Notes under the pieces: model-generated
What the model saw: only the letters and a program-made list of their open reading frames with translations
Database searches by the model: none
What the model was told of the DNA's origin: nothing
Source of the DNA: an uncultured Bacilli bacterium
Lineage (GTDB): Bacteria; Bacillota_I; Bacilli_A; RF39; UBA660
Assembly: GCA_947601485.1 (NCBI GenBank)
Contig: CANQGF010000002.1
Location: 1 to 54,208 of the forward strand
Direction: 5' to 3'
DNA: 54,208 bases
Position numbers and translations under genes: made by a program
Part shown: positions 12,539 to 20,576 of the stretch, in pieces
Layout: each line of letters begins with the position of its first letter
Position numbering within the stretch: the stretch's first letter is position 1

Positions 12539-13393
12539 GTGGAAAAAATGAAGAAAGAAGTTATAAAAAAAGATAAAAATCCAGATTATGTTTTAATTGG
12601 TTTAATCGTTGTTTTAATTATTGTTTTAGGAGTTTTGGTTTTTACAAAAATAGCAAGTCGTAATACTTACAAAACAGATGATGAATTAGTAGTGGAGTTA
12701 CATGATTATTTTAGTACTAAATCACTTGAAGATTGTAATGGCCTATTTAATTATTCTAATACAAAAGTAAATTCTTCTGAAATTGATAACGCTACTAAAT
12801 TATGCGTTGCTTATAATAAATCAAATTTAAAAGATAGCACTTCAAATACTCACAATGTTGATGAAAAAGCAAAAGAAGATCGACAAATTTGTACTGTAGA
12901 TGGTATGGTCTTTAAAGCTGACGAAGGTACTAAGAATTGTACTGTACAAGAGATAGCTAAAAATAAGATTAATAGTACTTACAAAAAAATATTTGGTAGT
13001 GATGCAGAAGAAATAGAATCATTTAAAACCGATAGTACGCATATTTGCTATTTAAAAGATGATAAATATTATTGTGGTTTATCAGAAAAATTTGATATCA
13101 TTGTAGGAAATGATGTAACAGTTTATAGGGTAGTGGACAGTGCCAAAGAAGATGATGGTACACTTACAATGTATGATTACTTCATTAGAAAAGTCTTAAA
13201 TGACTGCTATAATAATTATACAACTCAAGATACTAATGCAATTTGTACTAAAAATTTAAAGGGCCAAAAAGATTTAGATTATGATTTTGTTAAAAAATAT
13301 GGTGTTAAATATAAACATATTTATAAAAAAGCTAGTGATGGTTCATATTATTGGGTAAGTTCAGAACCTGTAGAAAATCCAAATAATAAATAA
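12539..13393 (+). CDS. hypothetical membrane-anchored, Cys-rich extracytoplasmic protein
   Basis: A likelier start is ATG 12548, after GAGGTGG. One TM helix (YVLIGLIVVLIIVLGVLVF). The ectodomain has 9 Cys in paired spacing. Translationally close to the HTH gene upstream. Confidence 0.6.
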   Translation: MEKMKKEVIKKDKNPDYVLIGLIVVLIIVLGVLVFTKIASRNTYKTDDELVVELHDYFSTKSLEDCNGLFNYSNTKVNSSEIDNATKLCVAYNKSNLKDSTSNTHNVDEKAKEDRQICTVDGMVFKADEGTKNCTVQEIAKNKINSTYKKIFGSDAEEIESFKTDSTHICYLKDDKYYCGLSEKFDIIVGNDVTVYRVVDSAKEDDGTLTMYDYFIRKVLNDCYNNYTTQDTNAICTKNLKGQKDLDYDFVKKYGVKYKHIYKKASDGSYYWVSSEPVENPNNK

Positions 13394-13417
13394 GAGAGAC
13401 TACTCTCTTTTTATTTT
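13393..13417 (+). terminator. rho-independent terminator
   Basis: AAGAGAG-ACTA-CTCTCTT hairpin immediately after the stop codon, followed by a T-run. Confidence 0.65.
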
Positions 13418-13649
13418 GAAAAAATAGGGTAGGAAACTACTCTACAAGTTATCTAAAATAAATAAAGTTGTGTGTATGTTCGCGTATATATATAATATCC
13501 TAATTAATATATAATTATTAGGATATATACGCGTATTATAACCTTATTTAATATTATTAATAAGGATATATAAATAAAATTAGCCAATTTAAATTTTAAT
13601 AATTAGTTTTTTTAATTATGTTAATTTGATTTTATTTATTACTTTGACA

Positions 13650-13658
13650 TGGTATAAT
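13650..13658 (+). promoter_or_regulatory. extended -10 promoter element (TGgTATAAT) upstream of zupT
   Basis: TGGTATAAT at 13650-13658. No good -35 at 17 nt. It would give a ~185-nt leader before GTG 13849. Confidence 0.35.
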
Positions 13659-13848
13659 AGATGTATATTAGCTAAATAATAGAATTTGTTTGACTAAAAA
13701 GCCTTTAAATTATTAAGTCAATGTGTTTGGCATAATCTATGTTATGTAAACCAAAGCCTTTGAAAAATAAATTTACGATTGTATTTTATAGACTACTCTT
13801 TAAATATTTTCATTAGTAAATGAATACTATTTTATTAGGTGATTCAAT

Positions 13849-14595
13849 GTGAGTGTTTTTAATGCCTTCTTAGTATCTACAATCGCTGGAATGTCCACTT
13901 TATTAGGTGGTATTATTATATTCTTTAAAATAAAGGATAATCATATTAATAAATTTATTACCTTTTGCTTATCTTTTTCTATTGCTATTATGATTGGGAT
14001 TAGTTTAACCGATTTAATTCCAACTTCCTTATTTAATATTCTTTATAATTATAAATTATTATTAGCTGTTTTAATTATTTTCATTTCCTTTTTTGTTGGA
14101 GGTTTAACTGTCTTTTTTATTAATCATTTAATGAAAAATCAGGATAATTCATTATACAAATTAGGTATCTTAAGTATGATTGCTTTAATAGTTCATAACT
14201 TTCCTGAAGGGATTGCAACATTTATGAGTAGCATTAAAGATGTTAATTTAGGTATCAAACTAGCTCTTGCTATAATGTTTCACAATATACCGGAAGGAAT
14301 TTCTATAGCAGTTCCTATATACTACGCTACTAAATCAAAGAAAAAAGCCTTGTTTAGCACCTTTTTATCTGGAATAGCTGAACCTCTTGGGGCTATTACT
14401 ACTTATCTTATTTTAAATAAGTATGTTACTGATACTATGATTAGTATCACCCTACTCTTTGTAGCGGGGATAATGATCACATTATCTATTGAAGAAATGT
14501 TACCTAAAGCTTTAAGTTATAAAAATAATAAATATATATATGGCGGTCTTATTTTAGGAATTATTCTTATTTTAATTAATCATTTTCTATTTTAA
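13849..14595 (+). CDS. zupT: ZIP-family zinc transporter ZupT
   Basis: 8-TM protein with the paired ZIP signatures HNFPEGIATF and HNIPEGISIA. GTG start after TAGGTGA. Confidence 0.85.
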   Translation: MSVFNAFLVSTIAGMSTLLGGIIIFFKIKDNHINKFITFCLSFSIAIMIGISLTDLIPTSLFNILYNYKLLLAVLIIFISFFVGGLTVFFINHLMKNQDNSLYKLGILSMIALIVHNFPEGIATFMSSIKDVNLGIKLALAIMFHNIPEGISIAVPIYYATKSKKKALFSTFLSGIAEPLGAITTYLILNKYVTDTMISITLLFVAGIMITLSIEEMLPKALSYKNNKYIYGGLILGIILILINHFLF

Positions 14596-14682
14596 TAACC
14601 CATATATTACCAATAAATAATATCCTTTCTAGGTATTAATTTATAAGAACAATCCATAATAAGTTTAGGAGGGATGTTATTT

Positions 14683-14826
14683 ATGAGTAGAAATGAACAA
14701 GCAAATAATTCTAGAAACGCAAACAACAGACGTAGTTGCAATAGCGAAGCAAATAACTCTAGAAATAGTGCTAATAACAAATCTAGAAGTAATAAAGAAT
14801 CTCGTAGTAATAACGAGAGTAGATAA
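14683..14826 (+). CDS. unannotated 47-codon ORF: highly basic Asn/Ser/Arg-rich small protein
   Basis: AGGAGGG at 14668-14674 lies 8 nt before ATG 14683. The product is MSRNEQANNSRNANNRRSCNSEANNSRNSANNKSRSNKESRSNNESR, ending at TAA 14824-14826. A strong hairpin terminator follows 18 nt downstream. It is below the ORF-track length cut-off. Confidence 0.5.
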   Translation: MSRNEQANNSRNANNRRSCNSEANNSRNSANNKSRSNKESRSNNESR

Positions 14827-14844
14827 TTACTATCTAACTAATAT

Positions 14845-14878
14845 AAAGGAAGAACGGTATAGTTGTTCTTCCTTTTTT
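14845..14878. terminator. bidirectional terminator between the small ORF and xerD
   Basis: AAAGGAAGAAC (14845-14855) pairs with GTTCTTCCTTT (14865-14875). 9-nt loop. T-run on the plus strand and an A-run (a T-run on the minus strand) upstream. Confidence 0.75.
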
Positions 14879-15758
14879 ATTCATTGTAATGAGGATGTTT
14901 TTGATAATCATCCATTAATTTTTCATTTGATAAATGACTATAAATTTCAGTAGTTGTGATATTTTCATGGCCAAGCAATTCTTGAATAATTCTTAAATCA
15001 GCTCCATTATTAAGCAAATGAGTGGCAAAAGAATGTCTTAAAACATGGGGTGATATTTCTTTTTTTATACCACATTCATCACAAATAGCACGCAATATCT
15101 TAAAAAATCCTTGTCTACTCATTCTACTACCATTATAGTTAACAAATAAATAATCAGATATTTTATCTTTTAAAATAAAATTACGATACTCATTAATATA
15201 TAAATTTAAATATTTTATAGTAATATCTCCAATAGGAATAACTCTTTCTTTACTCCCCTTCCCCATTACTTTAATAGATGCATCAGCTTCATTATAACTA
15301 GATAAAGTTAAATTTAATAATTCACTTACCCGCATCCCTGTAGCGTATAAAACTTCTAGCATAGCCTTATTACGATAATCAATAGGTTTTTTAAGACTAA
15401 TATTTAATAAAGTATCTACTTCATCTTCTGTTAAAAATTTAGGTAATTTTTTCTCTAATTTAGGCATTTTAATGTCTTCTGCGGGACTTTTTAGTATTCT
15501 GCCATTATCTAATAGGTAATCATAAAAAGACTTTAAAACAGTCAAATAATGGGCTTTAGTTTTACTTGTTTCATTAGCTTTATATAAAAATTCACGAATA
15601 TCATCAGTTGATAGGTTTAAAATATTTTTATCTTTAAAATATTCACTTATTTTTATTAAATTATAGCGATATGATTCATAAGTATTATTTGATAACTTTC
15701 TTTCATATCTTAAATAATCTAAATAAGCATTAACATCGGGATCTAATTTATCTATCAT
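14877..15758 (-). CDS. xerD: site-specific tyrosine recombinase XerD/XerC family
   Basis: SAM-like N-domain (YL.YL..ERKLS.NT..SY). Catalytic residues sit in ATGMRVSEL, HVLRHSFATHLL and LGHENITTTEIYSHL. The XerD versus XerC assignment is not certain. Confidence 0.8.
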   Translation of the reverse strand: MIDKLDPDVNAYLDYLRYERKLSNNTYESYRYNLIKISEYFKDKNILNLSTDDIREFLYKANETSKTKAHYLTVLKSFYDYLLDNGRILKSPAEDIKMPKLEKKLPKFLTEDEVDTLLNISLKKPIDYRNKAMLEVLYATGMRVSELLNLTLSSYNEADASIKVMGKGSKERVIPIGDITIKYLNLYINEYRNFILKDKISDYLFVNYNGSRMSRQGFFKILRAICDECGIKKEISPHVLRHSFATHLLNNGADLRIIQELLGHENITTTEIYSHLSNEKLMDDYQKHPHYNE

Positions 15759-15859
15759 AATATCATCCTCTACTCTATAATTATAATAAATTCTTTAATA
15801 AGAAGCAAATATTTGTTATAATTAATTTATGATTGTGTAATAATTAGCAGGTGATTTAA

Positions 15860-17056
15860 ATGAAAATTTTAGCAGATACAATTAGGCCAAATAAGCTATC
15901 ACTTATTGTAGGACAAGATCATTTAATTGGTGAGGGGAAAGTTTTAACTAATTTAGTTAAGAATAAGCACTTATTTTCGATGATTTTCTATGGTAAACCG
16001 GGAACAGGTAAAACATCTCTTGCTTATGTTTTAAGTCAAGAATTAGGTTTTAAAACGAAATTTTTAAATGCTACTTCTAGTAAAAAAGAAGATTTTGAAA
16101 TGGCAATCGAAGAAGCAAAATTTTATGGTGATTTAATTTTAATTATTGATGAAATACATCGCATGAATAAAGATAAACAAGATATTTTATTGCCCTTTAT
16201 TGAGAATGGTACCGTTATTTTAATTGGGCTTACGACAAGTAATCCTTATCATACTATTAATCCAGCCATTAGAAGTCGTTGCCAAATCTTTGAGCTTCAT
16301 GAATTAAAGACTGAAGACATTATTGTCGTTTTAAAAAGAGCATGTGCATCATTACCTGATATTAAAATTGATAAAGAAGCATTAAAATATATTGCTACCA
16401 TGGCTAGTGGTGATGTTCGAAGTGCCCTTAATACTTTAGAAATTGCCTACTACTCTTTTGATCATCATATAACTATTGATAATATAAAAAATATCAATAC
16501 TAAACCAGTTTTCTTTCATGATAAAAATGAAGATGGACATTATGATGTTTTAAGTGCTTTACAAAAATCAATTCGTGGTAGTGATGTTAACGCTACTATC
16601 CACTATTTAGCTCGTTTGATTGAGGCAGAAGATTTAGATAGCATTTTTCGAAGATTATCAGTAATTGCTTATGAAGATATAGGACTTGCTAATCCAGGTA
16701 TAGGTCCAAGATTATATGCTGCGATTGAAGCTGCTAATCGTGTTGGCTTACCAGAAGCAAGAATTCCCCTTTCAGAAATTGCTATTGAAATGGCTCTTTC
16801 TCCTAAAAGTAATAGTGCTATTATTGCCATCGATGAAGCCTTAAATGATATTCACCGAGGCAATACGGGTAATGTTCCTAATCATATTAAGAAAAATAGC
16901 CCCGATTATCTATATCCTCATAATTATCCTCATGATTGGATTAAACAAGATTACCTTCCTAATGAAATTAAAGATGCTAAATATTACAAACCTAAAGATA
17001 ATTTAGTAGAAAATAATTTAAATAAAGTACATAAAGAAATGACAGGTGAAAAATGA
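15860..17056 (+). CDS. rarA: replication-associated recombination protein A (MgsA/RarA, YrvN-like AAA+ ATPase)
   Basis: RP..L...VGQ.HL.G, Walker A GKPGTGKTSLA, IDEIHR.NK.KQD.LLP, and the MgsA C-domain HYD..SALQKSIRGSD.NA..HYLARL. Confidence 0.9.
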   Translation: MKILADTIRPNKLSLIVGQDHLIGEGKVLTNLVKNKHLFSMIFYGKPGTGKTSLAYVLSQELGFKTKFLNATSSKKEDFEMAIEEAKFYGDLILIIDEIHRMNKDKQDILLPFIENGTVILIGLTTSNPYHTINPAIRSRCQIFELHELKTEDIIVVLKRACASLPDIKIDKEALKYIATMASGDVRSALNTLEIAYYSFDHHITIDNIKNINTKPVFFHDKNEDGHYDVLSALQKSIRGSDVNATIHYLARLIEAEDLDSIFRRLSVIAYEDIGLANPGIGPRLYAAIEAANRVGLPEARIPLSEIAIEMALSPKSNSAIIAIDEALNDIHRGNTGNVPNHIKKNSPDYLYPHNYPHDWIKQDYLPNEIKDAKYYKPKDNLVENNLNKVHKEMTGEK

Positions 17057-18018
17057 AAATAACTATTATTGGTACAGGAGCATATAGTTTAGGTATAGCT
17101 ATGATGCTCTCTAAAAAAAGTCATAATAAAATAATGTTATGGACAGAAAGCAGTGAAAATGAACAAGAATTTAAAAAGACCCATGGTTTAAAAAAAATAT
17201 TTCCTAATATCACTTTTGCAGATAATGTTTTAATGACTACTTCTATAGAGGAAGCTATTAAAGAGACGTCCTTAATTTTTATAATTACATCAGTAAAATA
17301 TATTAGTAGTGTTTGTAAAGATATGCTACCATATTATAAAAAAACTCCAATATCTATTGCTTCGAAAGGAATTGATAGCACTTCTTTAAAGCCATTATCG
17401 GAAATTGTTAAAGATATTTTAAATACTAAAAATATTTCTGTTATTTCAGGTCCTACTTTTGCGATAGATTTAATTCATAATGAACCGGTAGCATTAGCTA
17501 TTGCAGGCAATAAAAAATGTTGTGATTTAGTTATTAAAAATTTAGCTAATAATACTTTAAAATTACGTAAATCGACTGATTTAATTGGGATTGAACTTTG
17601 TGGAAGCATTAAAAATGTTATTGCGATTGCATCTGGTATTATTGATGGCCTTGGATATAGTAATTCAACTCAAGCCTTCTTAATTAATGAATCTTTACAT
17701 GATTTAAAAAAAATTATTCATTCTTTAGGTGGGAAAAATAAAACCATTTTATCTTTTGCGGGTGTTGGGGATTTATTACTAACTTGTACAACGACTAAAA
17801 GCCGTAATTATTCTTTTGGTTATCTTATTGGAAGTAAGGGTGAGTATGAAGAATATTTAAAAAATAATACAGTTGAAGGTTATTATACTTTAGATTCTGT
17901 TTATAAAATGTTAAAGAAAAAAGGTATTAAAATACCTCTAATTAATATTATTTATGATATTGTAAATAATAAAAAAGCTCCCGAAGATTTAATTCATTTT
18001 TTAATTAAGAAACCTTGA
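17053..18018 (+). CDS. gpsA: NAD(P)H-dependent glycerol-3-phosphate dehydrogenase
   Basis: ATGA overlap with rarA. GTGAYSLG Rossmann motif, SGPTFA, GSIKNVIAIASGI.DGLG, GVGDLLLTCT...SRN..FG. Confidence 0.9.
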   Translation: MKITIIGTGAYSLGIAMMLSKKSHNKIMLWTESSENEQEFKKTHGLKKIFPNITFADNVLMTTSIEEAIKETSLIFIITSVKYISSVCKDMLPYYKKTPISIASKGIDSTSLKPLSEIVKDILNTKNISVISGPTFAIDLIHNEPVALAIAGNKKCCDLVIKNLANNTLKLRKSTDLIGIELCGSIKNVIAIASGIIDGLGYSNSTQAFLINESLHDLKKIIHSLGGKNKTILSFAGVGDLLLTCTTTKSRNYSFGYLIGSKGEYEEYLKNNTVEGYYTLDSVYKMLKKKGIKIPLINIIYDIVNNKKAPEDLIHFLIKKP

Positions 18019-18688
18019 TTATATCATTAATGATTTCATTAACTATTAGAATTCCAGCGATTCCAGGAGAAGTTATCATTGAATTAACTGCTCCTTTTTT
18101 TATTGGCTCTTCTTCACTAAAGCAAACTTTAATATGACCATTTAAATGATTATCTTTTACTAATTTTCTTAAAGCTTTAGCTAAGGGATCACCATAAGTT
18201 TTATCTAAATCAGTTATTTTTATTTTAGAAGCATTTATTCTATTGCCCATTCCCATTGAACAAATTATTTTAATATTATTTTCTTTAGCAAATTTAATTA
18301 ATTCTAATTTCGCATTTAAAGTATCACATGCATCAATTATATAGTCATAATCTTTAGCTAGTGTATTTATATTATCTTTAGTTAAATTCATTTCTAAAGC
18401 GTTAATTTGCATATTAGGATTTAATTCTTTAGCCATATCTTTAGCTACTTCAACTTTACTTTTTCCAATAGTTTTTAAATTGGCCACTAATTGTCTATTT
18501 AAATTAGATAATTCTACTTTATCTTTATCAATAACCGTAATATTTAAAAATCCACTTCGAATTAAAGCAATATAAGCAAAACTTCCTACTCCCCCACAAC
18601 CAACTAGAAGTATTTTAGCATTGTTTATTTTTTCAAAATTATTTATACCAATTAATTGAATTATTCTATCGTACATAAATTTCTCCAT
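18005..18688 (-). CDS. tcdA: tRNA threonylcarbamoyladenosine dehydratase (ThiF/E1-like, YrvM/TcdA)
   Basis: R..QLIG...F.K...AKILLVGCGGVGSFA...L.RSG..NITVID.D.V..SNLNRQ. The size and the neighbours (rarA, 6S candidate) match the B. subtilis yrvM locus. Confidence 0.8.
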   Translation of the reverse strand: MEKFMYDRIIQLIGINNFEKINNAKILLVGCGGVGSFAYIALIRSGFLNITVIDKDKVELSNLNRQLVANLKTIGKSKVEVAKDMAKELNPNMQINALEMNLTKDNINTLAKDYDYIIDACDTLNAKLELIKFAKENNIKIICSMGMGNRINASKIKITDLDKTYGDPLAKALRKLVKDNHLNGHIKVCFSEEEPIKKGAVNSMITSPGIAGILIVNEIINDIIKVS

Positions 18689-18690
18689 TT

Positions 18691-18861
18691 AAAAACCTAG
18701 TGGAAAGTTATTTGATAAAATCCCGCTCTAGGCAGGTGGTAGAACACATATCAAGTATTAGGATTCCTATAATTATATAGGCTTTCAACACCACAAGATA
18801 ATTAGTTCCCCAATATATCAATATAGTCGGTTTTATGTGAATAACTTTAACCTTCTAGGTT
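18691..18861 (-). ncRNA. ssrS: candidate 6S RNA
   Basis: A ~170-nt untranslated gap immediately upstream of tcdA. The 5' end (CCTAGAAGGTTAAAGTTATTCACATAAAACCG) pairs with the 3' end (CGGGATTTTATCAAATAACTTTCCACTAGG) into a long interrupted closing helix. The interior is unpaired, with an inner GTGGT/ACCAC helix and a perfect CCTATA-ATTA-TATAGG apical hairpin. A U5 tract lies at the 3' end and the region has its own promoter. In B. subtilis the 6S-1 gene (bsrA) lies in the aspS-yrvM intergenic region. Confidence 0.55.
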
Positions 18862-18867
18862 ATTTAT

Positions 18868-18897
18868 ATTATATCATGATAATTAGCTTCTATTCAA
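18868..18897 (-). promoter_or_regulatory. sigma-A type promoter (TTGAAT-18 nt-TATAAT) for the 6S candidate
   Basis: On the minus strand, TTGAAT is at 18897-18892 and TATAAT at 18873-18868. The closing helix of the RNA begins about 7-8 nt downstream. Confidence 0.5.
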
Positions 18898-18920
18898 TAT
18901 CTTTTCTCTTATTTGACATA

Positions 18921-19490
18921 TTATCTTTTTCTCTTTTTAACAGGATCTTGTTTTATTAAATAATCATTGATTATTTCTAAAGGAATATTATTAGAAACAA
19001 CTAAATTACGAAAATAGTTAAATTCTTCTGTATAATAATTATCAATTATTTTTTGAACAAAAGCTTGTAAATCGGCAAAGGTAGGAATTAAATTGTTACC
19101 CATAGTCATTTCATGGAAAAAAGTTTTAAATATTCTCTTGCCACCATAAAAACTACTAATTAAAAGATACATTTTATTATCTGGACCAATAAAATTAAAT
19201 AAACTTATTTTTTGCTTATTTTGGTTAAAATATTCCTTTTTAATATTTTTATTTTCTCTACTATATTCTTTTAGTATTTCATATAATAGTTTTAAATCAT
19301 TTTCCATTTCAGGATGGCTTTTAAGTCCTTCAGTAAATATTAAACTAATATTTTCAGCATATTCTTTAGTTAAAAAATTTTTAAAGCTTTCGTACTTATC
19401 CTTTTTTTCTTCACTTAATTTAGATAGTTCTAAACTATGATAAGCAATTTCGCTATTAATTTTCTTTAATGTCTTCATATTATTCCTCAT
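18921..19490 (-). CDS. hypothetical protein
   Basis: Track ORF, 189 aa, helical and Lys/Glu-rich. No motif recognised. It is downstream of rpmA, in the position spo0B occupies in B. subtilis, but has no detectable Spo0B features. Confidence 0.5.
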   Translation of the reverse strand: MRNNMKTLKKINSEIAYHSLELSKLSEEKKDKYESFKNFLTKEYAENISLIFTEGLKSHPEMENDLKLLYEILKEYSRENKNIKKEYFNQNKQKISLFNFIGPDNKMYLLISSFYGGKRIFKTFFHEMTMGNNLIPTFADLQAFVQKIIDNYYTEEFNYFRNLVVSNNIPLEIINDYLIKQDPVKKRKR

Positions 19491-19548
19491 TTAAGTTCTT
19501 ATTATAAACTATTTAGATGAAAAAATAAAGGATAAAAAAAGCATTTAC

Positions 19549-19833
19549 TTATGCTTCGTAAACGCTTACTTTCTTTTTATCTTTGCCAGCTCTTTCAAAC
19601 TTGACAATACCATCTATTTTACTAAATAAAGTATGATCTTTTCCCATTCCAACATTGTTGCCAGGATAAATCTTTGTTCCTCTTTGACGATAAATAATTG
19701 ATCCAGCACTACATTTTTCACCATCAGATAATTTAGCACCTAATCTGCGTCCTCTGGAATCACGACCATTATCAGTAGATGATTGTCCTTTTTTATGAGC
19801 AAATCTTTGAATATTTAATTTAATAAATAACAT
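19549..19833 (-). CDS. rpmA: 50S ribosomal protein L27 with cleavable N-terminal extension
   Basis: [20 protein letters not shown]...RQRGTK..PG.NVG.GKDHTLF. The 9-10 residue pro-sequence ending in F-A is typical of Firmicutes that encode Prp. Confidence 0.95.
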   Translation of the reverse strand: MLFIKLNIQRFAHKKGQSSTDNGRDSRGRRLGAKLSDGEKCSAGSIIYRQRGTKIYPGNNVGMGKDHTLFSKIDGIVKFERAGKDKKKVSVYEA

Positions 19834-19835
19834 CT

Positions 19836-20126
19836 TTAACTCTCCTTTACTATAATATTTTTGGGATATTGTTTTGCTAAATCATTAAGTAATTCTAACA
19901 TACTATTAATTAATTTATCGGTAATGTCATCATGACTTAAAATATTAATAATTAAATCATTTTGATCAGTATATTCGATTGCTTTAGCATTAATACTTAA
20001 AATACCATTAATTGTAGTATAAATAATACTTGAAACACTAGCACAAACAATATCATAACCATAATCATTAAAATTAGCATGACCACTAACTTTAATTTGA
20101 TTTTTACTAAATGTAATTTTAATCAT
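19836..20126 (-). CDS. prp: ribosomal-processing cysteine protease Prp (YsxB family)
   Basis: Sits between rplU and rpmA. GHANF...[10 protein letters not shown] carries the His/Cys dyad. Confidence 0.85.
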   Translation of the reverse strand: MIKITFSKNQIKVSGHANFNDYGYDIVCASVSSIIYTTINGILSINAKAIEYTDQNDLIINILSHDDITDKLINSMLELLNDLAKQYPKNIIVKES

Positions 20127-20128
20127 AA

Positions 20129-20428
20129 TTATTTACTAATTTTCTTTACAACTAATTTAGTATATGGTTGTCTATGACCTTGTTTTTTACGATATTTCTT
20201 TTTAGGTCTATATTTGAAAACAACAATTTTTTTATTTTTGCCTTGTTTTTCAACGGTACATTCTACTTTAGCACCTTTGACAGTTGGATTACCAGCTACT
20301 CCATCAACAAATAATACTTCGTCAAATGTTATAGTAGAACCAACTTCAGCATCTAATTTTTCAACGTAAATAACGTCGCCTTCAGATACATAATATTGTT
20401 TTCCACCTGTAGTAAATATAGCTTTCAT
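20129..20428 (-). CDS. rplU: 50S ribosomal protein L21
   Basis: [21 protein letters not shown]...VG....FDEVL.V......G.P....A.V...V...GK.KKI.VFKY+.KK.Y+KK.GHRQ. Confidence 0.95.
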   Translation of the reverse strand: MKAIFTTGGKQYYVSEGDVIYVEKLDAEVGSTITFDEVLFVDGVAGNPTVKGAKVECTVEKQGKNKKIVVFKYRPKKKYRKKQGHRQPYTKLVVKKISK

Positions 20429-20526
20429 TTCATACCTCCTATTAAAATTTTTTAAGTCGCGCCCTTAAGGTGACTAATAGTCCTTATAACCTTTTTAGTG
20501 CGGTTTTTTACGAAATGACTTAAAAC
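20429..20526 (-). promoter_or_regulatory. rplU 5' leader (candidate L21-type ribosomal protein leader)
   Basis: A ~100-nt structured untranslated leader lies between a near-consensus promoter and the rplU RBS. It is GC-enriched compared with its flanks (GTCGCGCCCTTAAGGTGAC...). An L21 leader is known at this position in Bacillus. Confidence 0.4.
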
Positions 20527-20532
20527 AAGTAA

Positions 20533-20561
20533 ATTTTACCAAAAATATTGGGGTTTGTCAA
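20533..20561 (-). promoter_or_regulatory. sigma-A promoter (TTGACA-17 nt-TAAAAT) of the rplU-prp-rpmA operon
   Basis: On the minus strand, TTGACA is at 20561-20556 and TAAAAT at 20538-20533, with an exact 17-nt spacer. Confidence 0.65.
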
Positions 20562-20576
20562 ACAAAGTAAGGCAAT

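Noticed and set aside
13765-13790. Possible Zur box (TTTACGATT) upstream of zupT
   Set aside because: Only one half-site resembles the AAATCGTAAT-N-ATTACGATTT consensus. The partner half is absent, so the match is not distinguishable from chance in AT-rich DNA.
14693-14953. 86-aa track ORF between zupT and xerD
   Set aside because: It has no RBS. It runs through a strong hairpin terminator and then antisense into the xerD 3' end. The overlapping 47-codon ORF in another frame (14683..14826) has a proper SD and terminator and explains the region better.
18921-19490. Spo0B assignment for the 189-aa ORF downstream of rpmA
   Set aside because: The only argument is positional: in Bacillus the order is rpmA-spo0B-obg. 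There is no recognisable phosphotransferase helix or His motif, and obg lies elsewhere in this window.
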